Positions 25,801-38,400 of a DNA stretch of 64,000 nucleotides are shown piece by piece (position 1 is the first letter of the stretch; each line of letters starts with the position of its first letter). The notes beneath the pieces were generated by a model that was not told where the DNA came from, did no database searches, and was given only the letters and a program-made list of their open reading frames with translations. The stretch lies in assembly GCF_009914755.1 (NCBI RefSeq), contig NC_060931.1; one strand, written 5' to 3'. Origin of the DNA: the human T2T-CHM13v2.0 reference genome, Homo sapiens. The translations under genes and the position numbers were made by a program.

Positions 25801-28800
25801 CTAGACTAAGAAGAGTTCTCAGTAACTTTTTTGTGTTGTGTGTATTCAACTCACAGAGTTGAACCTTGCTTTAGAGAGAGCAGATTTGAAACACTCTTGC
25901 TGTGGCATTTTCAGGTGGAGATTTCAAGCGATTTGAGGACAATTGCAGAAAAGGAAATATCTTCGTATAATAACCAGACAGAATCATTCTCAGAAAGTGC
26001 TTTGTGATGTGTGCGTTCAACTCACAGAGTTTAACCTTTCTTTTCATAGAGGAGTTTGGAAACACACTGTTTGTAAAGTCTGCAATTGGATATATGGACC
26101 TGTTTGAGGCCTCCGTTGGAAACGGGATTTCTTCATTGAATGCTAGACGGAAGAAATCTCAGTAAATTCTTTGTGTTGTGTGCATTCAACTCACAGAGTG
26201 GAACGTGCCTTTAGACAGAGCAGATTTGAAACACTCTTTTTGCGGAATTTGCAAGTGGAGATTTCTAGCCATTTGATGCCAACAGTAGAAAGGGAAATAT
26301 CTTCAAATAAAAACCAGACAGAATCATTCTCAGAAAATTCTTTGTGATGTGTGCGTTCAACTCACATAGTTTAACCTTTCTTTTCATAGAGCAGTTTGGA
26401 AACACTCTGTTTGTAATGTCTGCAAGTGGATATATGGACGGCATTGAGGCCTTCGTTGGAAACGGGATTTCTTCATTTCATGCTAGACAGAAGAATTCTC
26501 AGTAACTTCTTTGTGCTGTGTGTATTCAACTCACAGAGTGGAACGTCCCTTTGCACAGAGCAGATTTGAAACACTCTTTTTGTGGAGTTTGCAAGTGGAG
26601 ATTTCAAGCGATTTGATGCCAACAGTAGAAAAGGAAGTATCTTCAAATAAAAACTAGACAGAATCATTCTCAGAAACTACTTTGTGATGTGTGCCTTCAA
26701 CTCACCGAGTTTAACCTTTCTTTTCTGAGAGCAGCTTAGAAACACTCTGCTTGTTATGTCTGCAAGTTGATATTTGGACCTCTTTGAGGCCTTCGTTGCA
26801 AACGGGGTTTCTTCCTTTAATGCTAGACTAAGAAGAGTTCTCAGTAACTTTTTTGTGTTGTGTGTATTCAACTCACAGAGTTGAACCTTGCTTTAGAGAG
26901 AGCAGATTTGAAACACTCTTGCTGTGGCATTTTCAGGTGGAGATTTCAAGCGATTTGAGGACAATTGCAGAAAAGGAAATATCTTCGTATAATAACCAGA
27001 CAGAATCATTCTCAGAAAGTGCTTTGTGATGTGTGCGTTCAACTCACAGAGTTTAACCTTTCTTTTCATAGAGGAGTTTGGAAACACACTGTTTGTAATG
27101 TCTGCAATTGGATATATGGACCTGTTTGAGGCCTTCGTTGGAAACGGGATTTCTTCATTGAATGCTAGACGGAAGAATTCTCAGTAAATTCTTTGTGTTG
27201 TGTGCATTCAACTCACAGAGTGGAACGTCCCTTTAGACAGAGCAGATTTGAAACACTTTTTGGCGGAATTTGCAAGTGGAGATTTCTAGCCATTTGATGC
27301 CAACAGTAGAAAGGGAAATATCTTCAAATAAAAACCAGACAGAATCATTCTCAGAAAATTCTTTGTGATGTGTGCGTTCAACTCACATAGTTTAACCTTT
27401 CTTTTCATAGAGCAGTTTGGAAACACTCTGTTTGTAAAGACTGCAAGTGGATATATGGACCGCATTGAGGCCTTCGTTGGAAACGGGATTTCTTCATTTC
27501 ATGCTAGACAGAAGAATTCTCAGTAACTTCTTTGTGCTGTGTGTATTCAACTCAGAGAGTGGAACGTCCCTTTGCACAGAGCAGATTTGAAACACTCTTT
27601 TTGTGGAGTTTGCAAGTGGAGATTTCAAGCGATTTGATGCCAACAGTAGAAAAGGAAATATCTTCAAATAAAAACTAGACAGAATCATTCTCAGAAACTA
27701 CTTTGTGATGTGTGCCTTCAACTCACAGAGTTTAACCTTTCTTTTCTTAGAGCAGTTTAGAAACACTCTGCTTGTTATGTCTGCAAGTGGATATTTGGAC
27801 CTCTTTGAGGCCTTCGTTGCAAACGGGGTTTCTTCCTTTCATGCTAGACTAAGAAGAGTTCTCAGTAACTTTTTTGTGTTGTGTGTATTCAACTCACAGA
27901 GTTGAACCTTGCTTTAGAGAGAGCAGATTTGAAACACTCTTGCTGTGGCATTTTCAGGTGGAGATTTCAAGCGATTTGAGGACAATTGCAGAAAAGGAAA
28001 TATCTTCGTATAATAACCAGACAGAATCATTCTCAGAAAGTGCTTTGTGATGTGTGCGTTCAACTCACAGAGTTTAACCTTTCTTTTCATAGTGGAGTTT
28101 GGAAACACACTGTTTGTAAAGTCTGCAAGTGGATATATGGACCTGTTTGAGGCCTTCGTTGGAAACGGGATTTCTTCATTGAATGCTAGACGGAAGAATT
28201 CTCAGTAAATTCTTTGTGTTGTGTGCATTCAACTCACAGAGTGGAACGTCCCTTTAGACAGAGCAGATTTGAAACACTCTTTTTGCGGAATTTGCAAGTG
28301 GAGATTTCTAGCCATTTGATGCCAACAGTAGAAAGGGAAATATCTTCAAATAGAAACCAGACAGAATCATTCTCAGAAAATTCTTTGTGATGTGTGCGTT
28401 CAACTCACATAGTTTAACCTTTCTTTTCATAGAGCAGTTTGGAAACACTCTGTTTGTAAAGTCTGCAAGTGGATATATGGACCGCATTGAGGCCTTCGTT
28501 TGAAACGGGATTTCTTCATTTCATGCTAGACAGAAGAATTCTCAGTAACTTCTTTGTGCTGTGTGTATTCAACTCACAGAGTGGAACGTCCCTTTACACA
28601 GAGCAGATTTGAAACACTCTTTTTGTGGAGTTTGCAAGTGGAGATTTCAAGCGATTTGATGCCAACAGTAGAAAAGGAAATATCTTCAAATAAAAACTAG
28701 ACAGAATCATTCTCAGAAACTACTTTGTGATGTGTGCCTTCAACTCACAGAGTTTAACCTTTCTTTTCTTAGAGCAGTTTAGAAACACTCTGCTTGTTAT

Positions 28801-30071
28801 GTCTGCAAGTGGATATTTGGACCTCTTTGAGGCCTTCGTTGCAAACGGGGTTTCTTCCTTTCATGCTAGACTAAGAAGAGTTCTCAGTAACTTTTTTGTG
28901 TTGTGTGTATTCAACTCACAGAGTTGAACCTTGCTTTAGAGAGAGCAGATTTGAAACACTCTTGCTGTGGCATTTTCAGGTGGAGATTTCAAGCGATTTG
29001 AGGACAATTGCAGAAAAGGAAATATCTTCGTATAATAACCAGACAGAATCATTCTCAGAAAGTGCTTTGTGATGTGTGGGTTCAACTCACAGAGTTTAAC
29101 CTTTCTTTTCATAGAGGAGTTTGGAAACACACTGTTTGTAAAGTCTGCAAGTGGATATATGGACCTGTTTGAGGCCTTCGTTGGAAACGGGATTTCTTCA
29201 TTGAATGCTAGACGGAAGAATTCTCAGTAAATTCTTTGTGTTGTGTGCATTCAACTCACAGAGTGGAACGTCCCTTTAGACAGAGCAGATTTGAAACACT
29301 CTTTTTGCGGAATTTGCAAGTGGAGATTTCTAGCCATTTGATGCCAACAGTAGAAAGGGAAATATCTTCAAATAAAAACCAGACAGAATCATTCTCAGAA
29401 AATTCTTTGTGATGTGTGCGTTCAACTCACATAGTTTAACCTTTCTTTTCATAGAGCAGTTTGGAAACACTCTGTTTGTAAAGTCTGCAAGTGGATATAT
29501 GGACCGCATTGAGGCCTTCGTTGGAAACGGGATTTCTTCATTTCATACTAGACAGAAGAATTCTCAGTAACTTCTTTGTGCTGTGTGTATTCAACTCACA
29601 GAGTGGAACGTCCCTTTGCACAGAGCAGATTTGAAACACTCTTTTTGTGGAGTTTGCTAGTGGAGATTTCAAGCGATTTGATGCCAACAGTAGAAAAGGA
29701 AATATCTTCAAATAAAAACTAGACAGAATCATTCTCAGAAACTACTTTGTGATGTGTGCCTTCAACTCACAGAGTTTAACCTTTCTTTTCTTAGAGCAGT
29801 TTAGAAACACTCTGCTTGTTATGTCTGCAAGTGGATATTTGGACCTCTTTGAGGCCTTCGTTGCAAACGGGGTTTCTTCCTTTCATGCTAGACTAAGAAG
29901 AGTTCTCAGTAACTTTTTTGTGTTGTGTGTATTCAACTCACAGAGTTGAACCTTGCTTTAGAGAGAGCAGATTTGAAACACTCTTGCTGTGGCATTTTCA
30001 GGTGGAGATTTCAAGCGATTTGAGGACAATTGCAGAAAAGGAAATATCTTCGTATAATAACCAGACAGAAT

Positions 30072-30753
30072 CATTCTCAGAAAGTGCTTTGTGATGTGTG
30101 CGTTCAACTCACAGAGTTTAACCTTTCTTTTCATAGAGGAGTTTGGAAACACACTGTTTGTAATGTCTGCAATTGGATATATGGACCTGTTTGAGGCCTT
30201 CGTTGGAAACGGGATTTCTTCATTGAATGCTAGACAGAAGAATTCTCAGTAACTTCTTTGTGCTGTGTGTATTCAACTCACAGAGTGGAACGTCCCTTTG
30301 CACAGAGCAGATTTGAAACACTCTTTTTGTGGAGTTTGCAAGTGGAGATTTCAAGCGATTTTATGCCAACAGTAGAAAAGGAAATATCTTCAAATAAAAA
30401 CTAGACAGAATCATTCTCAGAAACTACTTTGTGATGTGTGCCTTCAACTCACAGAGTTTAACCTTTCTTTTCTTAGAGCAGTTTAGAAACACTCTGCTTG
30501 TTATGTCTGCAAGTGGATATTTGGACCTCTTTGAGGCCTTCGTTGCAAACGGGGTTTCTTCCTTTCATGCTAGACTAAGAAGAGTTCTCAGTAACTTTTT
30601 TGTGTTGTGTGTATTCAACTCACAGAGTTGAACCTTGCTTTAGAGAGAGCAGATTTGAAACACTCTCGCTGTGGAATTTTCAGGTGGAGATTTCAAGCGA
30701 TTTGAGGACAATTGCAGAAAAGGAAATATCTTCGTATAATAACCAGACAGAAT
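30072..30753 (+). repeat. 4-monomer HOR variant (682 bp, lacks the b-c dimer), copy 1
   Basis: Landmark spacing 29958 to 30640 is 682 bp. The monomer-a tail (cattga) is joined through atgctagac (30227-30235) to c-tail/d sequence (agaagaattctcagtaacttctttgtgctg). Confidence 0.92.
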
Positions 30754-31775
30754 CATTCTCAGAAAGTGCTTTGTGATGTGTGCGTTCAACTCACAGAGTT
30801 TAACCTTTCTTTTCATAGAGGAGTTTGGAAACACACTGTTTGTAAAGTCTGCAATTGGATATATGGACCTGTTTGAGGCCTTCGTTGGAAACGGGATTTC
30901 TTCATTGAATGCTAGACGGAAGGATTCTCAGTAAATTCTTTGTGTTGTGTGCATTCAACTCACAGAGTGGAACGTCCCTTTAGACAGAGCAGATTTGAAA
31001 CACTCTTTTTGCGGAATTTGCAAGTGGAGATTTCTAGCCATTTGATGCCAACAGTAGAAAGGGAAATATCTTCAAATAAAAACCAGACAGAATCATTCTC
31101 AGAAAATTCTTTGTGATGTGTGCGTTCAACTCACATAGTTTAACCTTTCTTTTCATAGAGCAGTTTGGAAACACTCTGTTTGTAAAGTCTGCAAGTGGAT
31201 ATATGGACCGCATTGAGGCCTTCGTTGGAAACGGGATTTCTTCATTTCATACTAGACAGAAGAATTCTCAGTAACTTCTTTGTGCTGTGTGTATTCAACT
31301 CACAGAGTGGAACGTCCCTTTGCACAGAGCAGATTTGAAACACTCTTTTTGTGGAGTTTGCAAGTGGAGATTTCAAGCGATTTGATGCCAACAGTAGAAA
31401 AGGAAATATCTTCAAATAAAAACTAGACAGAATCATTCTCAGAAACTACTTTGTGATGTGTGCCTTCAACTCACAGAGTTTAAACTTTCTTTTCTTAGAG
31501 CAGCTTAGAAACACTCTGCTTGTTATGTCTGCAAGTGGATATTTGGACCTCTTTGAGGCCTTCGTTGCAAACGGGGTTTCTTCCTTTAATGCTAGACTAA
31601 GAAGAGTTCTCAGTAACTTTTTTGTGTTGTGTGTATTCAACTCACAGAGTTGAACCTTGCTTTAGAGAGAGCAGATTTGAAACACTCTTGCTGTGGCATT
31701 TTCAGGTGGAGATTTCAAGCGATTTGAGGACAATTGCAGAAAAGGAAATATCTTCGTATAATAACCAGACAGAAT

Positions 31776-32457
31776 CATTCTCAGAAAGTGCGTTGTGATG
31801 TGTGCGTTCAACTCACAGAGTTTAACCTTTCTTTTCATAGAGGAGCTTGGAAACACACTGTTTGTAATGTCTGCAATTGGATATATGGACCTGTTTGAGG
31901 CCTTCGTTGGAAACGGGATTTCTTCATTGAATGCTAGACAGAAGAATTCTCAGTAACTTCTTTGTGCTGTGTGTATTCAACTCACAGAGTGGAACGTCCC
32001 TTTGCACAGAGCAGATTTGAAACACTCTTTTTGTGGAGTTTGCTAGTGGAGATTTCAAGCGATTTGATGCCAACAGTAGAAAAGGAAATATCTTCAAATA
32101 AAAACTAGACAGAATCATTCTCAGAAACTACTTTGTGATGTGTGCCTTTAACTCACAGAGTTTAACCTTTCTTTTCATAAAGCAGTTTGGAAACACTCTG
32201 TTTGTAAAGTCTGCAAGTGGATATTTGGACCTCTTTGAGGCCTTCGTTGCAAACGGGGTTTCTTCCTTTCATGCTAGACTAAGAAGAGTTCTCAGTAACT
32301 TTTTTGTGTTGTGTGTATTCAACTCACAGAGTTGAACCTTGCTTTAGAGAGAGCAGATTTGAAACACTCTTGCTGTGGCATTTTCAGGTGGAGATTTCAA
32401 GCGATTTGAGGACAATTGCAGAAAAGGAAATATCTTCGTATAATAACCAGACAGAAT
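31776..32457 (+). repeat. 4-monomer HOR variant (682 bp, lacks the b-c dimer), copy 2
   Basis: Landmark spacing 31662 to 32344 is 682 bp. Same junction, cattga-atgctagac-agaag, at 31931-31939. Confidence 0.92.
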
Positions 32458-35400
32458 CATTCTCAGAAAGTGCGTTGTGATGTGTGCGTTCAACTCACAG
32501 AGTTTAACCTTTCTTTTCATAGAGGAGCTTCGAAACACACTGTTTGTAATGTCTGCAATTGGATATATGGACCTGTTTGAGGCCTCCGTTGGAAACGGGA
32601 TTTCTTCATTGAATGCTAGACGGAAGAATTCTCAGTAAATTCTTTGTGTTGTGTGCATTCAACTCACAGAGTGGAACGTCCCTTTAGACAGAGCAGATTT
32701 GAAACACTCTTTTTGCGGAATTTGCAAGTGGAGATTTCTAGCCATTTGATGTCAACAGTAGAAAGGGAAATATCTTCAAATAAAAACCAGACAGAATCAT
32801 TCTCAGAAAATTCGTTGTGATGTGTGTGTTCAACTCACATAGTTTAACCTTTCTTTTCATAGAGCAGTTTGGAAACACTCTGTTTGTAAAGTCTGCAAGT
32901 GGATATATGGACCGCATTGAGGCCTTCGTTGGAAACGGGATTTCTTCATTTCATGCTAGACAGAAGAATTCTCAGTAACTTCTTTGTGCTGTGTGTATTC
33001 AACTCACAGAGTGGAACGTCCCTTTGCACAGAGCAGATTTGAAACACTCTTTTTGTGGAGTTTGCAAGTGGAGATTTCAAGCGATTTTATGCCAACAGTA
33101 GAAAAGGAAATATCTTCAAATAAAAACTAGACAGAATCATTCTCAGAAACTACTTTGTGATGTGTGCCTTCAACTCACAGAGTTTAACCTTTCTTTTCTT
33201 AGAGCAGTTTAGAAACACTCTGCTTGTTATGTCTGCAAGTGGATATTTGGACCTCTTTGAGGCCTTCGTTGCAAACGGGGTTTCTTCCTTTAATGCTAGA
33301 CTAAGAAGAGTTCTCAGTAACTTTTTTGTGTTGTGTGTATTCAACTCACAGAGTTGAACCTTGCTTTAGAGAGAGCAGATTTGAAACACTCTCGCTGTGG
33401 AATTTTCAGGTGGAGATTTCAAGCGATTTGAGGACAATTGCAGAAAAGGAAATATCTTCGTATAATAACCAGACAGAATCATTCTCAGAAAGTGCTTTGT
33501 GATGTGTGCGTTCAACTCACAGAGTTTAACCTTTCTTTTCATAGAGGAGTTTGGAAACACACTGTTTGTAAAGTCTGCAATTGGATATATGGACCTGTTT
33601 GAGGCCTTCGTTGGAAACGGGATTTCTTCATTGAATGCTAGACGGAAGGATTCTCAGTAAATTCTTTGTGTTGTGTGCATTCAACTCACAGAGTGGAACG
33701 TCCCTTTAGACAGAGCAGATTTGAAACACTCTTTTTGCGGAATTTGCAAGTGGAGATTTCTAGCCATTTGATGCCAACAGTAGAAAGGGAAATATCTTCA
33801 AATAAAAACCAGACAGAATCATTCTCAGAAAATTCTTTGTGATGTGTGCGTTCAACTCACATAGTTTAACCTTTCTTTTCATAGAGCAGTTTGGAAACAC
33901 TCTGTTTGTAAAGTCTGCAAGTGGATATATGGACCGCATTGAGGCCTTCGTTGGAAACGGGATTTCTTCATTTCATACTAGACAGAAGAATTCTCAGTAA
34001 CTTCTTTGTGCTGTGTGTATTCAACTCACAGAGTGGAACGTCCCTTTGCACAGAGCAGATTTGAAACACTCTTTTTGTGGAGTTTGCAAGTGGAGATTTC
34101 AAGCGATTTGATGCCAACAGTAGAAAAGGAAATATCTTCAAATAAAAACTAGACAGAATCATTCTCAGAAACTACTTTGTGATGTGTGCCTTTAACTCAC
34201 AGAGTTTAACCTTTCTTTTCTTAGAGCAGTTTAGAAACACTCTGCTTGTTATGTCTGCAAGTGGATATTTGGACCTCTTTGAGGCCTTCGTTGCAAACGG
34301 GGTTTCTTCCTTTCATGCTAGACTAAGAAGAGTTCTCAGTAACTTTTTTGTGTTGTGTGTATTCAACTCACAGAGTTGAACCTTGCTTTAGAGACAGCAG
34401 ATTTGAAACACTCTTGCTGTGGCATTTTCAGGTGGAGATTTCAAGCGATTTGAGGACAATTGCAGAAAAGGAAATATCTTCGTATAATAACCAGACAGAA
34501 TCATTCTCAGAAAGTGCTTTGTGATGTGTGCGTTCAACTCACAGAGTTTAACCTTTCTTTTCATAGAGGAGTTTGGAAACACACTGTTTGTAAAGTCTGC
34601 AATTGGATATATGGACCTGTTTGAGGCCTCCGTTGGAAACGGGATTTCTTCATTGAATGCTAGACGGAAGAATTCTCAGTAAATTCTTTGTGTTGTGTGC
34701 ATTGAACTCACAGAGTGGAACGTCCCTTTAGACAGAGCAGATTTGAAACACTCTTTTTGCGGAATTTGCAAGTGGAGATTTCTAGCCATTTGATGTCAAC
34801 AGTAGAAAGGGAAATATCTTCAAATAAAAACCAGACAGAATCATTCTCAGAAAATTCTTTGTGATCTGTGTGTTCAACTCACATAGTTTAACCTTTCTTT
34901 TCATAGAGCAGTTTGGAAACACTCTGTTTGTAAAGTCTGCAAGTGGATATATGGACCGCATTGAGGCCTTCGTTGGAAACGGGATTTCTTCATTTCATGC
35001 TAGACAGAAGAATTCTCAGTAACTTCTTTGTGCTGTGTGTATTCAACTCACAGAGTGGAACGTCCCTTTGCACAGAGCAGATTTGAAACACTCTTTTTGT
35101 GGAGTTTGCAAGTGGAGATTTCAAGCGATTTGATGCCAACAGTAGAAAAGGAAATATCTTCAAATAAAAACTAGACAGAATCATTCTCAGAAACTACTTT
35201 GTGATGTGTGCCTTCAACTCACAGAGTTTAACCTTTCTTTTCTTAGAGCAGCTTAGAAACACTCTGCTTGTTATGTCTGCAAGTGGATATTTGGACCTCT
35301 TTGAGGCCTTCGTTGCAAACGGGGTTTCTTCCTTTAATGCTAGACTAAGAAGAGTTCTCAGTAACTTTTTTGTGTTGTGTGTATTCAACTCACAGAGTTG

Positions 35401-38400
35401 AACCTTGCTTTAGAGAGAGCAGATTTGAAACACTCTTGCTGTGGCATTTTCAGGTGGAGATTTCAAGCGATTTGAGGACAATTGCAGAAAAGGAAATATC
35501 TTCGTATAATAACCAGACAGAATCATTCTCAGAAAGTGCTTTGTGATGTGTGCGTTCAACTCACAGAGTTTAACCTTTCTTTTCATAGAGGAGTTTGGAA
35601 ACACACTGTTTGTAAAGTCTGCAATTGGATATATGGACCTGTTTGAGGCCTTCGTTGGAAACGGGATTTCTTCATTGAATGCTAGACGGAAGAATTCTCA
35701 GTAAATTCTTTGTGTTGTGTGCATTCAACTCACAGAGTGGAACGTCCCTTTAGACAGAGCAGATTTGAAACACTCTTTTTGCGGAATTTGCAAGTGGAGA
35801 TTTCTAGCCATTTGATGCCAACAGTAGAAAGGGAAATATCTTCAAATAAAAACCAGACAGAATCATTCTCAGAAAATTCTTTGTGATGTGTGCGTTCAAC
35901 TCACATAGTTTAACCTTTCTTTTCATAGAGCAGTTTGGAAACACTCTGTTTGTAAAGTCTGCAAGTGGATATATGGACCGCATTGAGGCCTTCGTTGGAA
36001 ACGGGATTTCTTCATTTCATGCTAGACAGAAGAATTCTCAGTAACTTCTTTGTGCTGTGTGTATTCAACTCACAGAGTGGAACGTCCCTTTGCACAGAGC
36101 AGATTTGAAACACTCTTTTTGTGGAGTTTGCAAGTGGAGATTTCAAGCGATTTGATGCCAACAGTAGAAAAGGAAATATCTTCAAATAAAAACTAGACAG
36201 AATCATTCTCAGAAACTACTTTGTGATGTGTGCCTTCAACTCACAGAGTTTAACCTTTCTTTTCTTAGAGCAGTTTAGAAACACTCTGCTTGTTATGTCT
36301 GCAAGTGGATATTTGGACCTCTTTGAGGCCTTCGTTGCAAACGGGGTTTCTTCCTTTCATGCTAGACTAAGAAGAGTTCTCAGTAACTTTTTTGTGTTGT
36401 GTGTATTCAACTCACAGAGTTGAACCTTGCTTTAGAGAGAGCAGATTTGAAACACTCTTGCTGTGGCATTTTCAGGTGGAGATTTCAAGCGATTTGAGGA
36501 CAATTGCAGAAAAGGAAATATCTTCGTATAATAACCAGACAGAATCATTCTCAGAAAGTGCTTTGTGATGTGTGCGTTCAACTCACAGAGTTTAACCTTT
36601 CTTTTCATAGAGGAGTTTGGAAACACACTGTTTGTAAAGTCTGCAATTGGATATATGGACCTGTTTGAGGCCTTCGTTGGAAACGGGATTTCTTCATTGA
36701 ATGCTAGACGGAAGAATTCTCAGTAAATTCTTTGTGTTGTGTGCATTCAACTCACAGAGTGGAACGTCCCTTTAGACAGAGCAGATTTGAAACACTCTTT
36801 TTGCGGAATTTGCAAGTGGAGATTTCTAGCCATTTGATGCCAACAGTAGAAAGGGAAATATCTTCAAATAAAAACCAGACAGAATCATTCTCAGAAAATT
36901 CTTTGTGATGTGTGCGTTCAGCTCACATAGTTTAACCTTTCTTTTCATAGAGCAGTTTGGAAACACTCTGTTTGTAAAGTCTGCAAGTGGATATATGGAC
37001 CGCATTGAGGCCTTCGTTGGAAACGGGATTTCTTCATTTCATGCTAGACAGAAGAATTCTCAGTAACTTCTTTGTGCTGTGTGTATTCAACTCACAGAGT
37101 GGAACGTCCCTTTGCACAGAGCAGATTTGAAACACTCTTTTTGTGGAGTTTGCAAGTGGAGATTTCAAGCGATTTGATGCCAACAGTAGGAAAGGAAATA
37201 TCTTCAAATAAAAACTAGACAGAATCATTCTCAGAAACTACTTTGTGATGTGTGCCTTCAACTCACAGAGTTTAACCTTTCTTTTCTTAGAGCAGCTTAG
37301 AAACACTCTGCTTGTTATGTCTGCAAGTGGATATTTGGACCTCTTTGAGGCCTTCGTTGCAAACAGGGTTTCTTCCTTTAATGCTAGACTAAGAAGAGTT
37401 CTCAGTAACTTTTTTGTGTTGTGTGTATTCAACTCACAGAGTTGAACCTTGCTTTAGAGAGAGCAGATTTGAAACACTCTTGCTGTGGTATTTTCAGGTG
37501 GAGATTTCAAGCGATTTGAGGACAATTGCAGAAAAGGAAATATCTTCGTATAATAACCAGACAGAATCATTCTCAGAAAGTGCTTTGTGATGTGTGCGTT
37601 CAACTCACAGAGTTTAACCTTTCTTTTCATAGAGGAGTTTGGAAACACACTGTTTGTAAATTCTGCAATTGGATATATGGACCTGTTTGAGGCCTTCGTT
37701 GGAAACGGGATTTCTTCATTGAATGCTAGACGGAAGGAATCTCAGTAAATTCTTTGTGTTGTGTGCATTCAACTCACAGAGTGGAACGTCCCTTTAGACA
37801 GAGCAGATTTGAAACACTCTTTTTGCGGAATTTGCAAGTGGAGATTTCTAGCCATTTGATGCCAACAGTAGAAAGGGAAATATCTTCAAATAAAAACCAG
37901 ACAGAATCATTCTCAGAAAATTCTTTGTGATGTGTGCGTTCAACTCACATAGTTTAACCTTTCTTTTCATAGAGCAGTTTGGAAACACTCTGTTTGTAAA
38001 GTCTGCAAGTGGATATATGGACCGCATTGAGGCCTTCGTTGGAAACGGGATTTCTTCATTTCATGCTAGACAGAAGAATTCTCAGTAACTTCTTTGTGCT
38101 GTGTGTATTCAACTCACAGAGTGGAACGTCCCTTTGCACAGAGCAGATTTGAAACACTCTTTTTGTGGAGTTTGCAAGTGGAGATTTCAAGCGATTTGAT
38201 GCCAACAGTAGAAAAGGAAATATCTTCAAATAAAAACTAGACAGAATCATTCTCAGAAACTACTTTGTGATGTGTGCCTTCAACTCACAGAGTTTAACCT
38301 TTCTTTTCTTAGAGCAGTTTAGAAACACTCTGCTTGTTATGTCTGCAAGTGGATATTTGGACCTCTTTGAGGCCTTCGTTGCAAACGGGGTTTCTTCCTT

